DNA of 64,000 bases from Oscillospiraceae bacterium. GTDB lineage: Bacteria; Bacillota; Clostridia; Oscillospirales; Acutalibacteraceae. A model generated the notes under the pieces. That model did no database searches and was not told where the DNA came from. It saw nothing but the letters and a program-made list of their open reading frames with translations. Position 1 is the stretch's first letter, and the number at the start of each line of letters is the position of its first letter. Below, piece after piece: positions 1 to 9,912 of this stretch. The translations under genes were made by a program, and so were the position numbers. Where the stretch lies: assembly GCA_012520505.1 (NCBI GenBank), contig JAAYOC010000011.1, forward strand, positions 9,686 through 73,685, in the 5' to 3' direction.

Positions 1-2015
1 AGGGCAGTTGAAATTTCAGCCATAAGACCAATTCTTGAAAGGCAATATATGTCCATGGTCGCACTATATTCTTCTTTAATATTTTTGTCCCATTTAACCT
101 TTATCCAACGTTCAGGTTCAAGCGCCTTTTTAAGGTCAGCCGGAACATTAATACAATCTCTCTTATGAACAGAAACACCATGACCTCTGGTAATAAATCC
201 AATAATGTCATCGCCGGGAAGCGGGTTGCAACATCTTGAAAGCTTAACAAGACAATGGTCTATCCCTTCAACAATAATTCCTTCTGAACTTCTCTTTCGG
301 CTAGGTTTAGTGATTTTAATCTCATCGCTTCTTGGTTCAGAAGCCTTAAGAACTCTACTATATTCATCTTTCATGAATGGTTGAAGCTTATCAAGTGATA
401 CGCTTCCATAACCAATAGCAGCATAAAAATCATCTGTATTATCAAAATTTCTTCGCTCCGCAAGACGTTTAATAAAAAATAAAAGTTCTTCGTCAAATAA
501 ACGAATATTGTTTCTGCGAAGTTCCTTTTCGAATATCGCCTTACCCTCTTCAATATTTTCTGCTTTACGTTCTTTCTTAAACCAGTTGCGAATCTTACTT
601 TTAGCACCTGTGGTATTAACAATTTCAAGCCAATCTCTAGATGGACCCTTTTCAGGGTCAGAAGAACGAAGAATTTCTACAATTTGACCGGTTTTAAGTT
701 TAAAATCAATTGGAACAATCCTTCCATCTACTTTAGCACCGGTCATTTTATGACCAACCTGAGTATGAATCGCATAGGCAAAGTCAATTACGGTTGAACC
801 ATATGGAATATTGATCACATCGCCTTTTGGTGTAAACACAAATACATCATCAGGTATAAAATCTGTTTTAATTGTTTTTACAAGGTCCTCAACATCGTCT
901 GAATCTGTCTGAGTTTCAAGAAGTTGTCTAATCCAAGCTAGTCGTTCTTCAAATTTACTTGAACCGGATACTCCAAGCTTATATTTCCAATGCGCAGCAA
1001 TTCCGTATTCAGCAGTGTAATGCATTTCAAAAGTTCTAATTTGAACTTCAAAAGGAATACCTTCTGAACTGATAACGGTAGAATGAAGCGATTGATACAT
1101 GTTCGATTTAGGAGTTGAAATATAATCTTTAAATCTACCGGGAATTGAATGATACATATCATGTATAATTCCAAGACAGTTGTAACAATCTATTACACTT
1201 TCAACAAGAATACGAATTGCGTATACATCGTAAATTTCGTCAAACTCACGATTTTGTATAAACATTTTCCTATAAATTCCGTGAATACTCTTTTGACGAC
1301 CGTCTATTTTAGCAGTAGGTATTGTTTTATGTATACGGGCAGAAATATCTTTGATTGTTTCCGGAATAAAATCTGGATGGAGTTTTGTGTTTTCTTTTAG
1401 AAGTTCCTCTATTTCCTTATAACCAATTGCATCAAGATGTTGAATTGCAATATCTTCTAACTCCTCCTTAACAGTTCGGATACCAAGACGATGTGCAATT
1501 GGTGCATAAATTTCAAGTGTCTCAAGAGACTTATCACGACGTTTTTGTTCACGCATGTGCTCAAGAGTTCTCATATTATGCAGTCTATCCGCAAGTTTTA
1601 TAATAACTACACGAATATCCTGTGACATAGCAATAAACATTTTGCGAATATTTTCTGCTTGTCTCTCTTCCCATGTTTCAAGTGGTACCTTACCAAGTTT
1701 AGTAACTCCATCAACAAGTGCGGCTACATCTTCACCATATTCTTGTCTTATGCTCTCAAGACCTGTATCTGTATCTTCAACAGTATCATGTAAAAGAGCA
1801 GCAATAATGGATTCATGGTCCATACCAAGTTCAAATAAAATGTCTGCGACCGCAACCGGATGCATAATATACGGTTCACCCGAATATCTACATTGACCTA
1901 AATGGGCTTTATTGGCAAACTCATAGGCAGAAATTATCTGAGCATATTCTTCTTCTGAGAATTGCTCCGGTAGTTTTTTCTTAAGTTTTGAAAATTTATC
2001 ATCATACTTTGCCAT
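1..2015 (-). CDS. relA: Bifunctional (p)ppGpp synthetase/hydrolase, RelA/SpoT family (C-terminus runs off the window start)
   Basis: Absent from the ORF track because it is open at the window edge. Manual minus-strand translation from the ATG at 2013-2015 gives MAKYDDKFSKLKKKLPEQF...HPVAVADILFELGMDHESIIAALLHDTVEDT (HD hydrolase), RLHNMRTL, YQSLHSTVISSEGIPFEVQIRTFEMH (synthetase) and VFTPKGDVINIPYGSTVIDFAYAIHTQVG (TGS). The short ORFs listed at 371-1896 are shadows inside it. Confidence 0.93.
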   Translation of the reverse strand, partial: MAKYDDKFSKLKKKLPEQFSEEEYAQIISAYEFANKAHLGQCRYSGEPYIMHPVAVADILFELGMDHESIIAALLHDTVEDTDTGLESIRQEYGEDVAALVDGVTKLGKVPLETWEERQAENIRKMFIAMSQDIRVVIIKLADRLHNMRTLEHMREQKRRDKSLETLEIYAPIAHRLGIRTVKEELEDIAIQHLDAIGYKEIEELLKENTKLHPDFIPETIKDISARIHKTIPTAKIDGRQKSIHGIYRKMFIQNREFDEIYDVYAIRILVESVIDCYNCLGIIHDMYHSIPGRFKDYISTPKSNMYQSLHSTVISSEGIPFEVQIRTFEMHYTAEYGIAAHWKYKLGVSGSSKFEERLAWIRQLLETQTDSDDVEDLVKTIKTDFIPDDVFVFTPKGDVINIPYGSTVIDFAYAIHTQVGHKMTGAKVDGRIVPIDFKLKTGQIVEILRSSDPEKGPSRDWLEIVNTTGAKSKIRNWFKKERKAENIEEGKAIFEKELRRNNIRLFDEELLFFIKRLAERRNFDNTDDFYAAIGYGSVSLDKLQPFMKDEYSRVLKASEPRSDEIKITKPSRKRSSEGIIVEGIDHCLVKLSRCCNPLPGDDIIGFITRGHGVSVHKRDCINVPADLKKALEPERWIKVKWDKNIKEEYSATMDIYCLSRIGLMAEISTA

Positions 2016-2019
2016 GAGT

Positions 2020-4059
2020 TCACCCCCTTTTGGCAGAGCTTAAAAACTCCATAACAGGAGCGGAAAACAAATCCACTTTTGCATCAGTATTTGGAACATT
2101 TATTGTTCCATCTTTTGCTATATTAATCAAACCAAGTTGCCTCAAAGAAAGAAGAGCAATGCGAACTCTACACAAATTATCCAATGGACCCCATACTTTT
2201 GAGGCGATGTATTCATAGTTTGAAATGTTTGATTTAGTTTGCTTTAAATAGGTGTACACATTTCCGCAAAGGTCTCTATCCGGAGTTGCAAAATCTAATT
2301 CTTCGACTGATAAATCCCTTTTTAAAGATACTTTATCAAACAGTTTTTCAGATTTAACCATAAGGTTATCGTCAATACCGGAAGGTCTAATATCTTTTAC
2401 TACTGCTGAGACTCTAATTGAACCATTCCATTCATTTTTATCAAGAGTTACAAGTACATCAATTTTATCACCGGCAATATATGCAAAAGTTCCGGGCACA
2501 ATATTAAAATACATAAGAGTTATAGTTGAATTTTCTTTGCGTGCAATAATTTTAATGTGTTGTCTGTTCTCACCAAGTTCTGAAACACTATCAATATGCA
2601 AATCATAAAGTGCAAAAACCGGTGATGGATTATGTGCACCAAAAGGCTCAAACAAAGAAAGTATATCAATTAATTCAAGACTAATAGCATCTATCTTCAA
2701 TTTACAAGACACATCAATTGACGGATAAAAATTTTCAAGTGACCAAGCATATTTGGAAATAGCCATGATAAAAGAATCTATTTTATTTGTGTTAAGAGAT
2801 AAACCGGCAGCCCCTTCATGACCACCAAAGGTGTTAAGGTAGCCGGAACACTCAGTTAATGCATCAAATAATGAAAAGCCCTGTACGGACCTTGCAGACC
2901 CTTTTGATGTGCCATCTTCTTTATCCGATAAGACAATCGTTGGTTTCATATATCTTTCAAGAAGTTTTGACGCCACAATTCCAAGAACTCCATCATGCCA
3001 GCCTTTACCATGTAAAACCAAAACCGGATAATGAGTGTATTTTGGGTGTTTGTTTAAAAAAGCTATACATTCTTCAACAATTTCATTTACTATGCTATGA
3101 CGAGTGGAATTGACCTCATTAAGTTCAATTGCTAATTCGTCAGCTAAAACATCTTCTTCACACAGAAGAAGATCCAGTGCTTTATCCGGAATAGCCATTC
3201 TTCCTGCTGCATTAATTCTTGGAGCAAGCCCAAAGGAAATACTTGAAGAATTAATTTCTTTATTCTGAAGACCAGTCACTTTAATTAATGCATCAAGACC
3301 GGGTCTTATAAACCCTTTGAAAGAACGTAGTCCATATTTTACAAGAATTCTGTTTTCACCTGTTAAAGGTACGATATCAGCGATTGTACCAATTGCAACT
3401 AAATCTGCATAATCTGAAAGAACTGTTGTGCTATCGCCTTCAATCGCACAGGCAAGCTTAAATGCAACACCAACACCCGCAAAATCCTTATAAGAACAAT
3501 TAGCATCCAACCTATGTGGATCAACAACTGCTACGCAATCCGGAAGTTCATCACCCGGCAAATGATGATCGGTTACTATAAGTTCCATTCCAAGACTTTT
3601 TATGTATTTCGCTTCTTCTACAGAGGCAACTCCATTATCTACAGTAATAATTAAATCAATTTCCATTGCCTTGATTCTGTCAATAACGGCAATTGATAAT
3701 CCATATCCATCAGCTCGAGTGGGAAGCATGTAAGTTACATTTGCTCCTTGAGTTTCAAGATATGAATAAAGAAGCGCTGTTGCTGTTATTCCGTCAGCAT
3801 CATAATCGCCAAATATACAGATTTTTTCATAATCAAAAATAGCATCATTGATCCTATCGACTGCTAATTGCATATCAGGAAGTGTGAAAGGTTCAATTAG
3901 ATTTGCATCTTCAGCAAGAAACGATAGAATATCTTCATCATTAACAATGCCTCGTCCTGTGAGTAAGTATGCCGCAAAAGAATCTATAGATAATCTTTCA
4001 GCAATTTCACTTGCAAGCTCTTTATTCTGTTGTGAAAGATTCCAAATTTTACGGCCCAT
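2020..4059 (-). CDS. recJ: Single-stranded-DNA-specific exonuclease RecJ
   Basis: 679 aa with DHH-family motifs IFGDYDADGITATALL, ITVDNGV and VTDHH, plus DHHA1-type GGHEGAAG. Its stop lies 4 nt before the relA start, the recJ-relA arrangement typical of Firmicutes. Confidence 0.93.
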   Translation of the reverse strand: MGRKIWNLSQQNKELASEIAERLSIDSFAAYLLTGRGIVNDEDILSFLAEDANLIEPFTLPDMQLAVDRINDAIFDYEKICIFGDYDADGITATALLYSYLETQGANVTYMLPTRADGYGLSIAVIDRIKAMEIDLIITVDNGVASVEEAKYIKSLGMELIVTDHHLPGDELPDCVAVVDPHRLDANCSYKDFAGVGVAFKLACAIEGDSTTVLSDYADLVAIGTIADIVPLTGENRILVKYGLRSFKGFIRPGLDALIKVTGLQNKEINSSSISFGLAPRINAAGRMAIPDKALDLLLCEEDVLADELAIELNEVNSTRHSIVNEIVEECIAFLNKHPKYTHYPVLVLHGKGWHDGVLGIVASKLLERYMKPTIVLSDKEDGTSKGSARSVQGFSLFDALTECSGYLNTFGGHEGAAGLSLNTNKIDSFIMAISKYAWSLENFYPSIDVSCKLKIDAISLELIDILSLFEPFGAHNPSPVFALYDLHIDSVSELGENRQHIKIIARKENSTITLMYFNIVPGTFAYIAGDKIDVLVTLDKNEWNGSIRVSAVVKDIRPSGIDDNLMVKSEKLFDKVSLKRDLSVEELDFATPDRDLCGNVYTYLKQTKSNISNYEYIASKVWGPLDNLCRVRIALLSLRQLGLINIAKDGTINVPNTDAKVDLFSAPVMEFLSSAKRG

Positions 4060-4091
4060 AAGCGTTCTCCAAATTAATTTTCAACTTATTA

Positions 4092-4121
4092 ATTATACAC
4101 TATAAGTACATAGATTATCAA
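4092..4121 (-). promoter_or_regulatory. Candidate sigma-A promoter for recJ-relA
   Basis: The minus strand reads TTGATA-18 nt-TATAAT, about 30 nt upstream of the recJ ATG. Motif match by eye only. Confidence 0.4.
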
Positions 4122-4182
4122 CACGTTTAGCCTACATGCTCCTAAACATAAAGCATGTCAATAATCATATCCATTTCAACAC

Positions 4183-4218
4183 AAAAACCTCTCACAATGG
4201 GAATTGTGAGAGGTTTTT
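4183..4218 (-). terminator. Rho-independent terminator after the amidohydrolase/eut transcription unit
   Basis: Perfect 11-bp stem CCTCTCACAAT/ATTGTGAGAGG with a 4-nt loop, flanked by an A5 and a T5 run, so it can work in either direction. It lies 60 nt downstream of the stop at 4278. Confidence 0.8.
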
Positions 4219-4277
4219 ACATTGTTTCATTAACTTTTGCTAAACTTTTACATTTAAATTCAATTTATTAGACTACT

Positions 4278-5849
4278 CTAAATTGCATTTTTAGAAGCCA
4301 TTCCTCTAAGAATTGCACCTAAAACTGTACGATTTTGCTTCTTATATGGGTTTCCACCAAGAATTGTTTCTTCAACTTTAAGCTTTCCAAGCTCTTTAGT
4401 TGGAATTGAATATGGGTCTGCGGAAAGAATAACCATATCTGCAATCTTGCCGACCTCTAGACTACCGCGTTCTTTTTCATCAAAAGTTATCTTATAACCG
4501 TTATAAGTACACATACGAAGAGCTTCCTTAACAGTCAGACTTTGAGAAGGCATACTGGAATTATTTACGGCATGGTCAATCCAAGCAATTGGATCCGGAT
4601 TTGTACAAGGTCCATCTGAACCTGCTGAAATAAGAATGCCTGTATCCCATATATCTCTCAACGGATTCAACAGATTAGCCCTATCACCGAGAATTTTTTG
4701 GAGATATTCATCAGGCTCTTGGCGCCAACCAATAAACGCACTTTGCATAGGAAGATTAATATTATAGTCCTTGCAAATCTGAATTCCTTCTTTAGTTGGC
4801 AAACAAGCATGTATAATTCCATGGCGATGATCTTCACGTGGGTAGTCATCAAGAGCAGCTTTTAAAGCGATTGTCGCTTGGTTAAATGCTCTATCTCCAA
4901 TTGCATGAATTTGAATCTGTAAACCGGCACGATTTGCCTTTTTACAGAAATTGATAACCTGTTTATCGTCGTAAAAGAGAATACCATAATCATCAGTGGT
5001 GCCTTCATAAGGTTTATTAAGTGCAGCATCTGCCGAACCAAAGCAACCATCGAGAGCACACTTAAAACAACCACCAACACGTGGAAATCCTCTGCGAATA
5101 ACTTGTTTAACGTCCATAGTTTGAGAGAATACTCTCATTTGAACACCGTGCTGTAAGCTACGACCAAACCATTTTTCCAAATTTATATCCATATCCATTG
5201 GAAATCCTACACCGGATACAGTATGAACCATGCCTATTCCGTTGCCTACTTGGTAATCAATGGCTTTCTGCATATTTTTAACAAGTGTTGGAATAGGAAT
5301 TGTTTTTGAAATATAGTCAGAAATTGCAAAAAATGCTTCCTGATTCATCTCACCTGTATCAGGATGATATCCACGAAGGTTCTTTACTATTTTATCTACC
5401 TTGTTCAAAAGAGCGGTGTTTACAACACAAGCATGACCATCATATTTAACTAAAAAGAAAGGTCGCTCAGATTCAACCGAGTCAAGTTGCTCTCGATTTA
5501 CCAAAACTCCTTCTTTAACGGAATATGGTGAAGCTCCGAATGCAACAAGCACTTTATCCTTGCTCCTTTTTGCAAATTCTTTTGCCCACTCTAAAATCTG
5601 TTCGTTAGACTCAGCATCCATAACATTAAGTCCGGCATGAAATAAAGCAAAGCTTGCAAAATGCTGATGGGTATCAACAAAAGCCGGGCAAAGGGCTTTT
5701 TTACCGAGTTTTACCTTTTTTGCTTTTTTATATTCTTTTGGTAACTCATCTCCAACAAAAACAATGCGACCTCCGTCCTCTACAAGATATTTCGCTACTT
5801 TATCCTGTTCGTCAACTGTAAGTATTGTTCCCTCATATACTTTCATCAT
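4278..5849 (-). CDS. Metal-dependent amidohydrolase, amidohydrolase-3 (YtcJ-like) family
   Basis: 523 aa. Has the N-terminal HxH metal motif (FVDTHQHF), later HAIGD, IIHACL and the C-terminal SAGSDGP typical of the family. It lies 58 nt after eutN with no terminator in between. Confidence 0.8.
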   Translation of the reverse strand: MMKVYEGTILTVDEQDKVAKYLVEDGGRIVFVGDELPKEYKKAKKVKLGKKALCPAFVDTHQHFASFALFHAGLNVMDAESNEQILEWAKEFAKRSKDKVLVAFGASPYSVKEGVLVNREQLDSVESERPFFLVKYDGHACVVNTALLNKVDKIVKNLRGYHPDTGEMNQEAFFAISDYISKTIPIPTLVKNMQKAIDYQVGNGIGMVHTVSGVGFPMDMDINLEKWFGRSLQHGVQMRVFSQTMDVKQVIRRGFPRVGGCFKCALDGCFGSADAALNKPYEGTTDDYGILFYDDKQVINFCKKANRAGLQIQIHAIGDRAFNQATIALKAALDDYPREDHRHGIIHACLPTKEGIQICKDYNINLPMQSAFIGWRQEPDEYLQKILGDRANLLNPLRDIWDTGILISAGSDGPCTNPDPIAWIDHAVNNSSMPSQSLTVKEALRMCTYNGYKITFDEKERGSLEVGKIADMVILSADPYSIPTKELGKLKVEETILGGNPYKKQNRTVLGAILRGMASKNAI

Positions 5850-5899
5850 TATCCTCCTTATTTTCCTTTATTTTCCTTTATTTTCTTTCATTTTCCCTT
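5850..5899 (-). repeat. Five tandem 10-nt units (minus strand AAAGGAAAAT-like) between eutN and the amidohydrolase
   Basis: The plus strand reads tatcctcctt attttccttt attttccttt attttctttc attttccctt. On the coding strand this is a run of purine-rich SD-like decamers, the last being the AGGAGGATA SD of the amidohydrolase. Confidence 0.85.
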
Positions 5900-5907
5900 T
5901 CATCGTT

Positions 5908-6192
5908 CTAATGTGTACGATCCACTTCTAAGGTATCAATAATTCCCACAATTGCAGCATCTATAGGTATGTCGTCTCCACCTAATGCCTTACGTGCAGT
6001 AGAGCCGTTAACAATAAGAACCCTCTCACCTACACCTGCACCAACAATATCAGCGGCCACAAAACATTCACCCTGCACTTTCTCGCCATAGGTATCTGTT
6101 TGTATGACTACCATCAATTTTTTTCCTTCTAATGCGTCATCTTTTTTGGTGGCCCAAACATTTCCAATAACCTTACAAATCATCATAAACAT
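5908..6192 (-). CDS. eutN: BMC vertex (pentamer) protein, EutN/CcmL family
   Basis: 94 aa. MICKVIGNVWATKKDDALEGKKLMVV...VGAGVGERVLIVNGSTAR matches the EutN/CcmL fold signature. It overlaps eutJ by 10 nt. Confidence 0.87.
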   Translation of the reverse strand: MFMMICKVIGNVWATKKDDALEGKKLMVVIQTDTYGEKVQGECFVAADIVGAGVGERVLIVNGSTARKALGGDDIPIDAAIVGIIDTLEVDRTH

Positions 6193-7010
6193 ACATCTCC
6201 TTTACAGCTGAGAGCAATACCAAGAGGTGTTACAAACAGCGGATTATTTGGTTTATATGTCGAAATACCGGTCAGTTCTTCAATGGTTTTTTCAATTCCA
6301 GTAAAGCAACTGCTTCCTCCGACCAGGACCAAACGTTCAACCGGATGGTCCTTTAGCATGTCAGTAATTATAACCGCCAGCTTTTCCATCACCGGTTTCA
6401 CAACCGGATAAATTTCTTTGTGGTGTGAGAAATTTCTTTTATATTCTTCTGCCTCTTCATATTTCATCTGATAAGAACCGGCGAGAACAAGGGAAAAATG
6501 AGTACCACCAGTAGGTTCGTCATCTATCATTTCAACTTGTCCATTTTTAAAAACAGAAATTCCTGTTGTTCCACCGCCTATGTCTACAATGGCACCATCA
6601 GAAAGTTTCAAAAGTTTGTTTGCCGCTGTCGGTTCATCCAACATTGCCGTCACTTCAAAATCAGCAGCTTCAACTATGTTGCGAACAGCTCCACCGTCTA
6701 AATCTTCCATTCCGGGCGGCAATGCTGCTGCTGCGTAAACAAGTTTTGTTCCAAGTTTTTTCTCAATTTTTTCTTTCATTTCACGAACTATTTTAATTGC
6801 ACCTAGATAATCTACAACCATACCATCTCGAACTACATCTGCATATTTGTATACACCGGCTACAGGTTCGTAATTTTCATTTAACACTGCCATTACTACG
6901 CATGCAGTGCCTAGGTCAATACCAGTATAGTAAACGGAAGACTTCTGTATAATAGGGTGCTCAATTACCTTTTCAAATTGATTCACAAGAGAATCGCAAT
7001 ATTTAAACAT
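6183..7010 (-). CDS. eutJ: Ethanolamine utilisation chaperone-like protein EutJ (actin/Hsp70-fold ATPase)
   Basis: 275 aa with the phosphate-binding motifs GIDLGTA and DIGGGTTG, and LVGGSS. Located within the eut operon. Confidence 0.85.
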   Translation of the reverse strand: MFKYCDSLVNQFEKVIEHPIIQKSSVYYTGIDLGTACVVMAVLNENYEPVAGVYKYADVVRDGMVVDYLGAIKIVREMKEKIEKKLGTKLVYAAAALPPGMEDLDGGAVRNIVEAADFEVTAMLDEPTAANKLLKLSDGAIVDIGGGTTGISVFKNGQVEMIDDEPTGGTHFSLVLAGSYQMKYEEAEEYKRNFSHHKEIYPVVKPVMEKLAVIITDMLKDHPVERLVLVGGSSCFTGIEKTIEELTGISTYKPNNPLFVTPLGIALSCKGDVCL

Positions 7011-7446
7011 CGTTTTCCTCCGATAAATAGTCTAAAAATTCCTTGACACCTTCGCCTGTGATACCACTGGTACGAAAAATCCTTTGTGCTCCCGCAAGAC
7101 GAAGAATTTCTTCAGCATATTTAATCTGATCTTCGTCAGCTAAATCAACTTTAGTAACAACACCTATACATTCCTTTGCAAACCCACCTGAGTAACCTGG
7201 TGGAAACATATTGCGTCCTTCTATTGCTGAACAAGCAAGTACTATAACGTCCGCATCAACAGAAGTTGTCATCAAGGCTCCCCGTTTGTCTAGGCGTTCC
7301 AAAAATTCACCGGGAGTGTCTAAAATTCTCTGTCCTCTAACAAGCACAGATTGAGTTTTTTGATACCGAATTTCCTCTCCAAGCATCGCTTGACTTAAAG
7401 TCGTTTTACCGCATCCAACCGTGCCAACAAAAATAATACTCTTCAT
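7003..7446 (-). CDS. eutP: EutP/PduV-family small GTPase
   Basis: 147 aa. P-loop GTVGCGKTTL, DTPGE and VTKVDL (NKxD-like). Located within the eut operon. Confidence 0.87.
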   Translation of the reverse strand: MKSIIFVGTVGCGKTTLSQAMLGEEIRYQKTQSVLVRGQRILDTPGEFLERLDKRGALMTTSVDADVIVLACSAIEGRNMFPPGYSGGFAKECIGVVTKVDLADEDQIKYAEEILRLAGAQRIFRTSGITGEGVKEFLDYLSEENDV

Positions 7447-7793
7447 TAACTTCTAGTGATAGGAACTGATGTAAAACCCATCTCATCGCACAATACATGC
7501 ATTACCGCTTGTACTGATGCCTCAACGGCGGATACATCACCATAAATAAGCAGTGAACCGGAAAATCTATCTACATACCCTAATTTTACTTCAGATGCCT
7601 TACTGGCAACGTCAGCAGCAATTATTGCAATTTCAGACGGAGTTAAGGTAAAGATTCCAATAGCTCCGGTAACGTCTAATACACCAAGCTTTTGATACAA
7701 ATCCGGCACCGGATTTGGAATAATATGTGCGAGGGTAACCTGCTTACCGGGAACATATTCTTGAATAATTCGTTCTGGCTTGTCAAATACCAT
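7446..7793 (-). CDS. eutS: Circularly permuted BMC shell protein EutS/PduU
   Basis: 115 aa. [22 protein letters not shown]...[24 protein letters not shown]...[17 protein letters not shown] closely parallels my recollection of enterobacterial EutS. Confidence 0.9.
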   Translation of the reverse strand: MVFDKPERIIQEYVPGKQVTLAHIIPNPVPDLYQKLGVLDVTGAIGIFTLTPSEIAIIAADVASKASEVKLGYVDRFSGSLLIYGDVSAVEASVQAVMHVLCDEMGFTSVPITRS

Positions 7794-7938
7794 AATTCAA
7801 ACTCTCCTTTGAGGTAAAATCAAAATTTAAAAAATATAAAACAAAGAAATACACTGTAACGAAACGCACGATAATAGAACACACAAAATAAATTGCAAAC
7901 TAAATAAAGAAAATGCAAAGAAAAAGAAGAAACACAAG

Positions 7939-8487
7939 CTAATAAAGACTGGAAATAATACGCTCTGAAGGTTGCGGAATGACTTCCGCATTTAAAAGCA
8001 TGCCTTTTTCTCCTAAAGAATCCATACCCACTTCAATACCGTTTTTCACGGCTGCAACGTCTCCGGTAAAAGTGAAGAATGCTTTACCGCCGAGCCCCGT
8101 TCCAAGTCTAATTTCAATTGCTTCAAGCTCGGCTGATTTTAGCGCGAGGTCTGCTGCAATCACCATACCGGACATGGAATACGATTCCAATATTCCGAGC
8201 GCGTCAATTTTTTCAGGAGACGTTGCCCCTACAATTGCCGGAAAAACGTCCTTGTGCACGTTCGGAATCATGATGTGTTCTACAATAAATTCACCTGCGG
8301 TTTCAACGCCTGTTTCCACAGATTCCCGAACTGCTGTTACATCGCCGTGGACGACGGCAATGTATTTGCCGGGACAAGTAGAACATGCAGTAACAATTTC
8401 TACATCTGAGCGTTTAACCATCTGATCGGCCGAATAGATACCACGCGCAATGCTGGAAAATTCGACCATTCCAATTGCTCTGTTCAT
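7939..8487 (-). CDS. pduT: Tandem-BMC-domain shell protein, PduT-like (putative Fe-S pore)
   Basis: 182 aa with two BMC repeats. The N-terminus AIGMVEFSSIARGIYSADQMVKRSDVEIVTACSTCPGKYIAVVHGDV carries the conserved CPGK cysteine that ligates the 4Fe-4S cluster in PduT. Confidence 0.8.
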   Translation of the reverse strand: MNRAIGMVEFSSIARGIYSADQMVKRSDVEIVTACSTCPGKYIAVVHGDVTAVRESVETGVETAGEFIVEHIMIPNVHKDVFPAIVGATSPEKIDALGILESYSMSGMVIAADLALKSAELEAIEIRLGTGLGGKAFFTFTGDVAAVKNGIEVGMDSLGEKGMLLNAEVIPQPSERIISSLY

Positions 8488-8488
8488 A

Positions 8489-9820
8489 CTATTCGCTCCT
8501 AATCAAAATCAAATTATTTTCTATTGCTTCTACCTTACCATCTATGCTCGCATGGACAATTGCACCCAGAGCACCACTTGAAGGCAAAGCAATTTTCTGA
8601 CCTTTTGAAACTAAATCGCCAATTGAGACGCAGGGTACAGCGGGTGCACCTACATGGTCCTTTAAACCTATACCTACGTAATTTAGGCTGACATTTGGAT
8701 TTTCGTTAAGCTTTGCTGATACATCATAGCGTGCTAGCCCTAATCTCTGAATTAATCTACGGCTAGGTATTTGACGATAATCTCGTAAAAAGTTTACTTT
8801 AAAATCTTCTTTTTTTCTATGTTTTATACCTTGTTCCTGAAGTTTTTCCGCATAAAAAGTATTTGCCATTCTCGGATTAATACCTGCAGGACAGGAAAAA
8901 TATTCACAAAGGTTGCATTGACAGCATGTAAGTGCGGAAGTCATACTTTCATTTGCAGGATGATTATATATAACTGCTCGCACCATTTTATGAGGTACTG
9001 TAGAATGCCCTAGCAGATGTCTTGGGCACAAATCTGTACATATTGTACATTGCTCACATGCGGAACGGTTTACATAAACCGCTTTATCCATGCTCCTTCT
9101 TTTTTTCACGATTAAAGAGTGATTTTCAGGTAAAACAATAAGACCTTTTGTAGTCTTTGTAACATACCTGTCTTCATCTGTTAAAAGAGGTCCCATCATT
9201 GGCCCTCCATTGATAACGGCATAACCATTTAAATCCGGTCGCCCAGCCGCCGAAAATAGTTCTATTAAAGGTGTACCAACCGGAACTTTAACTGTATTCG
9301 GATTTGGCACATCACCTGTTACGGTTACAAATTTTTCTGTAACAGGTAAATCTTGTTCCGCTTTCCAGATATTATATGCAGTTTCTGAATTTATAACAAC
9401 ACAACCAACTGAAATAGGTATATCTGTTTCAGGTACTATTCGTCCTGTCAATTCATAAACCAAAACTTGTTCATCGCCTGCCGGGTAAACATCAGGCAAA
9501 GCAGCAACTTTTACAAATTCAGAAGCATTATCAATATTTAAAATTGCCTTTTCCATTATTTCAATTACTTCCGGATGACTTTTCTTAATACCAACAATGG
9601 CATGAGCTGCTCCCGTTATTTGTAAACTTATTAAAAGTCCTTTAACAATTTCTTCCGGATAAACAGTCATAAGTTGCTGGTCTACACGCAAAAGCGGTTC
9701 GCACTCCGCTCCATTAAGCAGAACAAACTCCGAATTAGTATTCAGTTTTACATGTGTTGGAAAGCCTGCTCCACCGGCACCGATAACACCGGCAGCAGCA
9801 ACTTTTTCTAATAAATCCAT
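8489..9820 (-). CDS. pduS: PduS-like corrinoid reductase / RnfC-family Fe-S flavoprotein
   Basis: 443 aa. GAGGAGFPTHVKL (NADH/FMN site), two 4Fe-4S motifs (CEQCTICTDLCP and CCQCNLCEYFSCP), and a C-terminal barrel-sandwich motif HVGAPAVPCVSIGDLVSKGQKIA...IVHASIDGKV (RnfC_N-type). Confidence 0.8.
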   Translation of the reverse strand: MDLLEKVAAAGVIGAGGAGFPTHVKLNTNSEFVLLNGAECEPLLRVDQQLMTVYPEEIVKGLLISLQITGAAHAIVGIKKSHPEVIEIMEKAILNIDNASEFVKVAALPDVYPAGDEQVLVYELTGRIVPETDIPISVGCVVINSETAYNIWKAEQDLPVTEKFVTVTGDVPNPNTVKVPVGTPLIELFSAAGRPDLNGYAVINGGPMMGPLLTDEDRYVTKTTKGLIVLPENHSLIVKKRRSMDKAVYVNRSACEQCTICTDLCPRHLLGHSTVPHKMVRAVIYNHPANESMTSALTCCQCNLCEYFSCPAGINPRMANTFYAEKLQEQGIKHRKKEDFKVNFLRDYRQIPSRRLIQRLGLARYDVSAKLNENPNVSLNYVGIGLKDHVGAPAVPCVSIGDLVSKGQKIALPSSGALGAIVHASIDGKVEAIENNLILIRSE

Positions 9821-9912
9821 TTAAATACCTTTTAGAACTGATTTGAATTATATACTGAATTACATAGTTGATTTGATTCACAAAACCGATTTTGTTTTAT
9901 ATCTTTGTATCT

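Noticed and set aside
371-1896. Four short ORFs in the track (371-628, 938-1174, 1149-1400, 1555-1896).
   Set aside because: All lie inside, or antisense to, the continuous RelA/SpoT reading frame. That frame runs from 2015 to the window edge and has strong domain motifs.
7979-8425. 148-aa plus-strand ORF, and similar plus-strand ORFs at 10960-11235 and 12218-12508.
   Set aside because: They are antisense shadows of BMC shell genes. Their Ala/Pro/Ser/Thr-rich translations are what the reverse complement of GC-richer Ala/Gly/Val-rich BMC coding sequence produces. They have no SD and overlap high-confidence genes.
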